Source of the DNA: Eledone cirrhosa
Lineage: Eukaryota
Assembly (NCBI GenBank): GCA_964016885.1
Contig: OZ024746.1
Span: forward strand, 3,720,001 to 3,784,000
Length of the DNA stretch: 64,000 bases
Reading direction: 5' to 3'
A program made the position numbers and the translations under genes. Below are positions 55,627-64,000 of the stretch, piece by piece. The stretch's first letter is position 1; each line of letters begins with the position of its first letter. The notes beneath the pieces were generated by a model. The model was not told the DNA's origin. It worked only from the letters and a program-made list of their open reading frames with translations, and searched no databases.

Positions 55627-56218
55627 TTAACAATAAAGTAGCAACAGATATACTAACTACAATGAGACTGTAACACACTCTGAGACATACAAACACGCAC
55701 AAAATAAATAAGAAGAAACACACATGTGTATAAAAACATACAATATTGATTTCTAGTATATACCTGCACACACACACACATCGATAATGAAATATGAACG
55801 TACATTAACACAAACATACATACACGTATTAACACACACATATATATTTACACAGATACATCTATACATATATATATATATATACATACATGCAAACATA
55901 CATACATACACATACATACATGTATACACACACACATACATACATATATACACACATACGCATACATACACACACACGCTTACATACACACACACGTATC
56001 CATCCATCCATTCATCCATACATACATACATGATGGCTGCCCCCTCGTTATCGAGTATGGCCATTGCACAAGAAAAAAAAATATAAAAAAAAAAAAATAA
56101 AATAAAATAAAAAAAAAAAAATAAATAAAAAAAAAAAATAAATAAAAAAAAATAATAATAATAAATAAATTTAAAAAAAAACAAAAAACATACATACATA
56201 CATACATACATACATACA

Positions 56219-56695
56219 CCAGATATGGGACAGGGAAAAGAAGGCATGCACAGTAGTGGAAGTTAGCTGCCCAGCAGATGCCAATATAATATCTAAGATT
56301 AACGAAAAGGAGAATATTTATGCAGAACTAATGAGAAATCTGCAGATACACCACCCTGATTACACCTTCAGATTTATGCCTGTGATTATTGGGGCACTAG
56401 GATATGTTAGTAACTGCCTCAATACAAATCTTGAGAAGCCTTGGCTTCACAGGAACAGAAAGAACACAACTAGTTAGGAAATTACAAGTACAATCCATTA
56501 ATGGAACAGTAAAAATATGTAAACATTCCAAAACATACACATCTATATCTACATATGCATGCATGCAGACATACATACATACCTACCTAGTTGATGTTGT
56601 GTAAATTCCAATGAGAGAGTCTTGTGTCTATGTTAGAAACCGACTCTCTCTCTATTGGTAAAAATTTGTGAAATTATAAAACAAGAAGAACATAC
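56219..56695 (+). mobile_element. 3' end of an R4/Dong-like non-LTR retrotransposon (restriction-like endonuclease) with 3'UTR
   Basis: IWDREKKACTVVEVSCPAD...EKENIYAEL...PVIIGALG...KLQVQSINGTVKICK with a frameshift; (CATA)n flanks. Confidence 0.78.
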
Positions 56696-57399
56696 ATATA
56701 TACATACATACACACACATACACATACATACATACATATATATATATACATAAATACAGTATTCTTCTCCCCATTTTTTCACATATATTTACCTAAACTG
56801 CGATTCTGTTTTTCTCTCTCTCTCTCTTACTGCTCCCTCGTTCTCTCTGTTTCTCCTACTTTCTTTCGCCCCCTCTGTCATGTCAGTTAACACTTTCTCT
56901 CTACTGACCTCTTCCTCACACTTCCACTCACTCACTCACTGTTTCTCCCCTTCTCACTTCACCCCATTCGCGACGAATACAATTTCCTTCTTTCTTACAT
57001 TTGGATTCATCTCGAAAGGTCTTTTTTCTAAGCGCTCATATATTCACCCAGCTTATGCTGACAGAATAACTATGTAGCTTGTTCCCTTCCTATCTACGGT
57101 TAGCTTTCCTCTTTGTTGTTTACTTGTCTCACTCGCTTTACGCGTTTTAATTGTCCTAATAACTTAATTTAGTTATTATTGCACCAACGTGAGGTATATG
57201 ATTTTTAATGCAATGAAATATCTATGATCGTTGGCAAATCACTGATGAGGGACTCATTTTATAACATGTTATCCATGTGCAACCTGCAGTATTCTTCTCC
57301 CCATTTTTTACATACATACATACATACATAATACATACATACATACATACATAATAAATACATACATACATACATACATACATACATACATACATACAT

Positions 57400-57430
<31 letters not shown>

Positions 57431-57496
57431 TACATACATACATACATACATACATACATACATACATACATACATACATACATACATACATACATA

Positions 57497-58067
57497 CATG
57501 GTGGCTGCCAACTCGTTTTCGAGTACGGCCACTACTATATATCCATGTAGGAGAAGCCCTACCGATGCGCTGAACAAGTGTGACTTTTTAGTCCAGCCAG
57601 TGACTTGAAAACTCTGGTACAAACACTACACTTGTGACAATTATTGGCAAATAGTGCTTGGCCCATGGTACCATGTGACGACAAGTGCAGAGAGATCTCC
57701 AGATATAAAGCAATGCCTGTGCCGTGAAGCTTTTATAGTGAGCAAAGGCACTGCACAAAGCCAGTCCCACTCTCTTAACCAAGATGATATTTACCAAAAA
57801 GAAGAACAAGTCAACATCATTGGATACCATCAGGGCTGCAGGTGTTATATCAGAGTTTTCCTTCTCCTAGAATTCTGCCTTGACAAAGGCTAAAGGGTCA
57901 TCTCTCCCGGTGATTTTGGATGGCCATTGACTCTTAAGAGCTCCTTTACCCTTTGACAGGTTTTGTTTTTAGTCCTGCAGGATGTCCAAAGTCACCCTCC
58001 TCACCAAGAAACCTTGGTGGGGTTGCCAGTTTAGTCGTCAACGACCCGACCATGGGACAGGTTGTAC
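57497..58067 (-). mobile_element. Subfamily A2 copy
   Basis: Reverse complement of the A2 sequence; (CATA)n on both sides. Confidence 0.78.
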
Positions 58068-58156
58068 ATACATACATACCTACATACATACATACATACA
58101 TACATACATACATACATACATACATACATACATACATACATACATACATACATACA

Positions 58157-58189
<33 letters not shown>

Positions 58190-58399
58190 TGTTGGAACCT
58201 AAAAATCAAGCCAGAAACAATTCCAAACCCAACCAGCCTATTATTGTTGATGAGATAAACAAGTTCTGTTGCTGAAAACAACTTCCCACTTAATATCAAC
58301 GGTTTCAGATAAATAGTAAAGAAAGAAGACATGTATGAGCTATCGTTAAGGAGTTTTTAACTCAACTTCTTAAAATATAATTCATCTTATAGCCATTAT

Positions 58400-58628
58400 C
58401 TCAGTGTATTACTGGTACTTTATTTTATCGACCCCGTAAGGGTGACAGGCAAAGTTAACCTCGGCGGGATTTGAACTCAGACCATAAAGAGCAAAGAGTT
58501 ACGGCCCTTTATGGTCTGAGTTCAAATCCCGCCGATGTTAACTTTGCCTTTCACCCTTCGATAAAATAAAATACGAGTAATGTACTGGGTAATTGCTGGC
58601 CTTGTGCCTAAAGTAGAAACAATTATTA
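58400..58628. mobile_element. Meta-like SINE as a head-to-head inverted pair
   Basis: 58402-58489 is the reverse complement of 58507-58588. Confidence 0.78.
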
Positions 58629-59601
58629 TTGGGATTGCAGATCATGTAATAACAGATCAGGATTCAAGTATGGTTGAACTTGGATTCCAAGAGAAATGGC
58701 ATAGCTCAATAATCCTATGTTACAGATGATCACAATGTCTGGGTAAATATAAATCTATAAACAACGTGTAACTATTGAAAAGAGTTAATAGTGATAGAAA
58801 CAAACAATATTTAAAGAGAGATCCTTTCTTTAAAACATTGTCAGCGAGGAGATACCTGGTCACAATAAACTTCAAATTCCCAATCAAGACAAGAAAATAT
58901 ACAAACATATACACAGATACGATACATATATAAATATATACCCGCCACCCCACTGTCAACATAAATATACACAGATATGATAGCATGTAGAAATTGGAAT
59001 ATGTAATAAAGTGTGTTATTTGAAGAAATGTGTTTTTACTTACCTTGCTTTTATAACTGTATTAAACAAATAGATAAGTAAATGTCATATATATATACAT
59101 ATATTTATATGTATCCGAATGATCTTCAGTAGAAAGTGTGACTTTTGTTTAAAGAAATTTTATGTATCGAGAGGATACTAATATTTTCAGTCTATAGTTC
59201 ACGTATCTACATCTTTTAAAGCAGGAGTTTTGACCAGATGATAGATCACATTTCAGCAGCAGACGTTAGCTCGATGCTTTGACAGACGACAGGTAAATAG
59301 TGTAGCAATGGCTAAGTTCAGAAGACAAGAGTAAATACTGGAGTTGAGGATATGAGACTCTTGATTAACAAGATATATCAGCAGAAAATAATGCGAACTA
59401 TTTAGCAAAATGCAAGAACATTTTTCAACAGAAGACAATGAGGGTATTTCATCAGGCAATATATGGAACATTTTAGCTGACTATTTTGGAAAACTGCTTC
59501 TTTTTTTTTTCGACAATAAACATGTTAGCACATGATAATAGATGCTTCAGATGGAAGCAATTCATCAACCAATAAAAACCAACGTAGGAATTGAAAGTTA
59601 T

Positions 59602-59713
<112 letters not shown>

Positions 59714-60319
59714 GTGTATATATATTCAGCAGTAGATCAAGTTTCACTGCTGCAGTAACTTTTGTGTATATTACACCTGACAAATATGCATATTAATTAA
59801 TGAAAATGGTCGGCTGCTTTAGTTATTCACACCGGCTAGATAAACCATGTGAGGATGTGTGAGCTTTTGAGTTTTAAATTGTGCTATGTTAGAAACTCAT
59901 TCGTATGTGTGAGCCCCTGTTTAGCTTGGGATGAAATATAGTTTACATTAAAATAAATGTGGAGCTCGAAAAAAAAAAACAAAAAAAAAACAAGACCAAC
60001 CAACCAAACAAACAGAGAAGGGTAGTTTTAAAAATACATTTATCAAAGGAAACTGAAAGAATAGGAGAACAAAATAGAAAATGGTGATAACATGAGATTG
60101 AAAGGGAGGAAAGAAGGAATAAAAATGGAAATGTCGGATGAAGCATTATTTAAAAAATACTTTTTGAAAAGTATGAAAAAAATAACAATACATTTCTCAT
60201 TGTAGATATAAAACGAAAATGAAAAAAATGATTCATCTATTTTTTAGCAGTCCTTTAGTCTTTTTATCCATCGAGAGAATACATAGTGGAATGTTTAGGA
60301 GAGAGAATAGTGTTGATGG

Positions 60320-60750
60320 TAGAGATGTTGATGATGATGATGACTTGGTAGTAGTGGTGTTGATGATGATGATGTTTATGATAATAATAACAATAATAAA
60401 TATGTAAATAAATAACAAAATTACAATAGCTGAGAGAGGTGGGTAAACAGGTTTTTCTTTCGTTATCCAAATAATTTGCTTCGATTGATGATGATGATGA
60501 TGATGATGATGCCGTTGTTGGTGGGGATCACTTGGTAATAGTGATGTTGATGTTGGTGATGACTTGGTAATAGTGATGTTGATGATGATGATGACTTGGT
60601 AGTAGTGATGTTGATGATGATGATGACTTAGTAGTAGTGATGTTGATGATGATGATGACTTGGTAGTAGTGATGTTGATGATGATGATGACCTGGTAGTA
60701 GTGATGTTGATGATGATGATGACCTGGTATTAGTGATGATGGTGATGACT
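60320..60750. repeat. (GAT)n-derived compound repeat
   Basis: gatgacttggtagtagtgatgttgatgat units. Confidence 0.85.
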
Positions 60751-62295
60751 AAAACAGAGGTGTATGCTATCCAGATTATAGAGACTATAGAAAGCAATAA
60801 CATCAACAGATGAACGAATTGGAATAAAAACTAGAAACAAAGGGAAAACAAAAGAAAAAACTATTTGCCATATATATACATATATATATATGTTTATATA
60901 TAATATGGATGTATATATATATATGTGTATATATATATATGTATAAATATATGTGTATCTATATGTGTAAATGTGGGTATGTATGTGTGTGCATATGTAT
61001 CTATGTATATGTGTCTGTGTGCGTGAATGTGTGTGTATATGTGCGTGTATGTATGTATCTATGTCTGTCTGTATGTGTGTGTGTGTATGTGTGTGTGTGT
61101 ATGTGTGTGTGTGTGTGTGTGTGTATGTGTGTATGTGTGTGTGTGTGTGCAAATGTATGTATGGGTGTGTGTGTGTGTGTATGTATAAACAACTAAATTT
61201 CTATAGTTCTTTCAATTGATGAAGTGATGTTTTCCGTTATAACTTATAGCTAGTTAATGTACGCATTTGAATATTGCGAGGATTTTGGACGGGGCGGGCT
61301 TGTTAACATTTCTAAAAGTTGGCAGTGACTGCATGAGAGATGGTAGAAGTAGCTTGGCTGAAAAGCCAGTATGTTGGGAATTGTTCTGGGAAATGTTGTT
61401 TAGATTTGTATGGAAATGTTCTTTATGTACATTGCTAACATGCAATGTTGAATGGATTGTGAACACTATATTAATAGAGAACGTATGAATTTATATCTGA
61501 GGATGTGGTGGTAGTGGTCGTTATTGTTGTTATTGTTGATGTTTAGCTACAAGGCAGCTCTGATTGAGTAGACCCATCATTAAAGCCATTCCAAACGTGA
61601 CAATCACGTCGTTATATAATTAGTTACTCTCTTTTAAGATAGGAAAATGTGTGTTTTAATTGAAACATAACTGTTATTTCTAGCACCTGACATCTAGAGG
61701 CTCCCTCGCTGGATCGTTTCTAATGAAGTTATACACGAATGTGAAGGTGAGTATGTCTAGATTGATTTCTACCTTAGGCAGAGGGACACACATTTATAGG
61801 TGGTGGTTGAGGGTAGTCTATTAAAATCAACCCCAGCACATGACTGGTACTTATTTTATTGAGCCATCAGATATATAAGTACAGTCAATCGAAATATGGA
61901 ATTTGAACTCACAGTGTCCAATGGATGTTACAATATTATAGGAACTTTTTAAAACAAGAGATTTGTTAGGATAACATTGGGACAGTTTTGGGAGGGTTGG
62001 TATGAAAAATAGTTAATGCATCTAGGATAGCACGCAAGAGGTTCTGCCAGGCACTTTGTTAATTTCTTTTATAAGCATTGTATTCTTTGTATTCATTAGA
62101 TTGGTTTGCTGCCTTTAGTTGCGCACTTTTTAAGTGTTCGCACAATTTATCAGTGTTGTATTTGTTAAGGCGTGGTACTCACAATACGGCGTTGAATAGC
62201 GTTGAATATAGTTCAGTTCTCGAGATAACCTCCCTCGTATTTGTTTACTTTACTATAATGGATTTATAATAATAAAAAAATAACAATAACATTAA

Positions 62296-62377
<82 letters not shown>

Positions 62378-63049
62378 GTGAAAACAATCGAGATATATTT
62401 TGAGTTGGCATAAGTCCAACTCTGTAAGAAAAAGGTGGAGTCCATTGAACTGACTCCGTTATGTGGTAAGTAGTTATCTCACCAACCCTGGATAGTTGGA
62501 AATAACGAGTCGACAATGGTAGGATTTGAAGTCAGAAAACTGAGGAGTTAAATTTAACAAAACAGCACAATGACTGCATCACAGAAAGTTTAAGTCACTA
62601 CTAATACCAGATGTTCAAGACGACCTATCAATTAGAAAAGGATACTATCAACATTTCAATGATTTATGCGATATGTGTTTGTAACAAATTCTGTTCAGTA
62701 AAAAAATGGGGATAAATTAGCAAAGATGGCAACAAGTGTTTGTAGCGACCTCTACAATTTGTTGTCCTGACACCGGCTCTAAACCTTCCATTAAATATGC
62801 TCATACAACATGAATGAAAAGCAAAATATATCTAAGCTAACATCTTAAGTTAGAAAGTCATAACAATGTTATAATCCCTGAAAGGAATAAATTAAAGGCA
62901 CTTAAGATTTTAAAGATTATTCTTAATATTTCGTGCGGAAATTTGTTAGCCCGAGTAATATTAAACTGATAGACTAACACCTTTTTGGCATGGGTGGAGA
63001 TGGGGGTCATATAACTATGGTAATATTATTACGAAAGTGAAATTTATTT

Positions 63050-63620
63050 GGGTCAACATTGTAGGTGGAGAAGGTCAAGTATCCTGGGGTCGTGTTCACG
63101 AGCTGGAAAGCCGGAGGCTGAATTAAGTCTAAGAATTGCAGGAATTGGTGCAGTAATGTGCCAGTTTAAGCATTTGGTAATCAGAAGAGTGGGGTAGGGG
63201 TAAAAGCCAAACTCACAATCTTAAATTCAGTATTCGTGCCAACCCTTACCTCTTGAATGTTCGGTAATGACTGAAAGAATACGATCGCGAATACAAGCGG
63301 CCAAAATGAAGTTCCGCCAAAGGGTCTTTTGACTAAGATTACTCGATAGAGTGCGTAGCTCAGAGATCAAAGAGTCACTCCACGTGGAGCAGCTACATTT
63401 TCGAATTGAGAGACCACAGTTCCGATGTTATGGGAAAGTGCTTAGAATGTCTCGGGATAGAATCACTGGACAGCTTTTACAGGCAAAACCAACTGGCAAG
63501 AGACCCAGGGGTAGACCCCGAGCAAGATGGTAGGATAACATCCATGAGCTTGGCTGGTCTCACTTGGGGACCCAGAGAGATCAGTTGGAGATGGTTGCTT
63601 CTGATGCGTTTGTTCATTTC
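63050..63620 (+). mobile_element. Decayed RTE-clade LINE fragment
   Basis: KYPGVVFT, SRIQAAKMKF, DRVRSSEIKE.L, YGKVLRM, GKRPRGRPRARW. Confidence 0.82.
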
Positions 63621-63638
63621 ATTTTTTCGTGAGCAGCT

Positions 63639-63923
<285 letters not shown>

Positions 63924-64000
63924 AACACTCACACACATTTATGTAGTTCCCAATTTGTAAAGTTGTGCACTGATGCCTCAGTGAAAAACAATTTCAAAAC

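Overview
AT-rich, microsatellite-saturated eukaryotic DNA with no convincing host gene. The repeat repertoire suggests an invertebrate, probably an octopus-like cephalopod (inference). Nearly all ORFs in the supplied track are artefacts of (CA)n, (TA)n, (TATG)n or (CAC)n repeats. Real protein-coding signal is limited to retroelements: a 5'-truncated Penelope-like element (RT plus C-terminal GIY-YIG) with a ~0.9-kb inverted pseudo-LTR at 49.5-52.4 kb, and decayed CR1, RTE, R4/Dong-like and CRE-like LINE fragments. The window also holds many tRNA-derived SINEs, several MITEs and minisatellites. The main hidden signal is RNA structure. By manual folding, about 10 unrelated short sequence families, mostly beside or inside (TA)n tracts and often as inverted (palindromic) pairs, carry complete or partial type I hammerhead ribozyme motifs. 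Several have non-canonical cores (U-U at the base of stem II, CCGAUGA, CAGANGA). One of them (53.0-53.8 kb) is a non-coding 429-bp tandem unit with one hammerhead per unit, a candidate retrozyme/circRNA. A separate ~550-600-bp structured non-coding retroelement family targets (TATG)n. All folds and coordinates were read by eye and need computational and biochemical confirmation.
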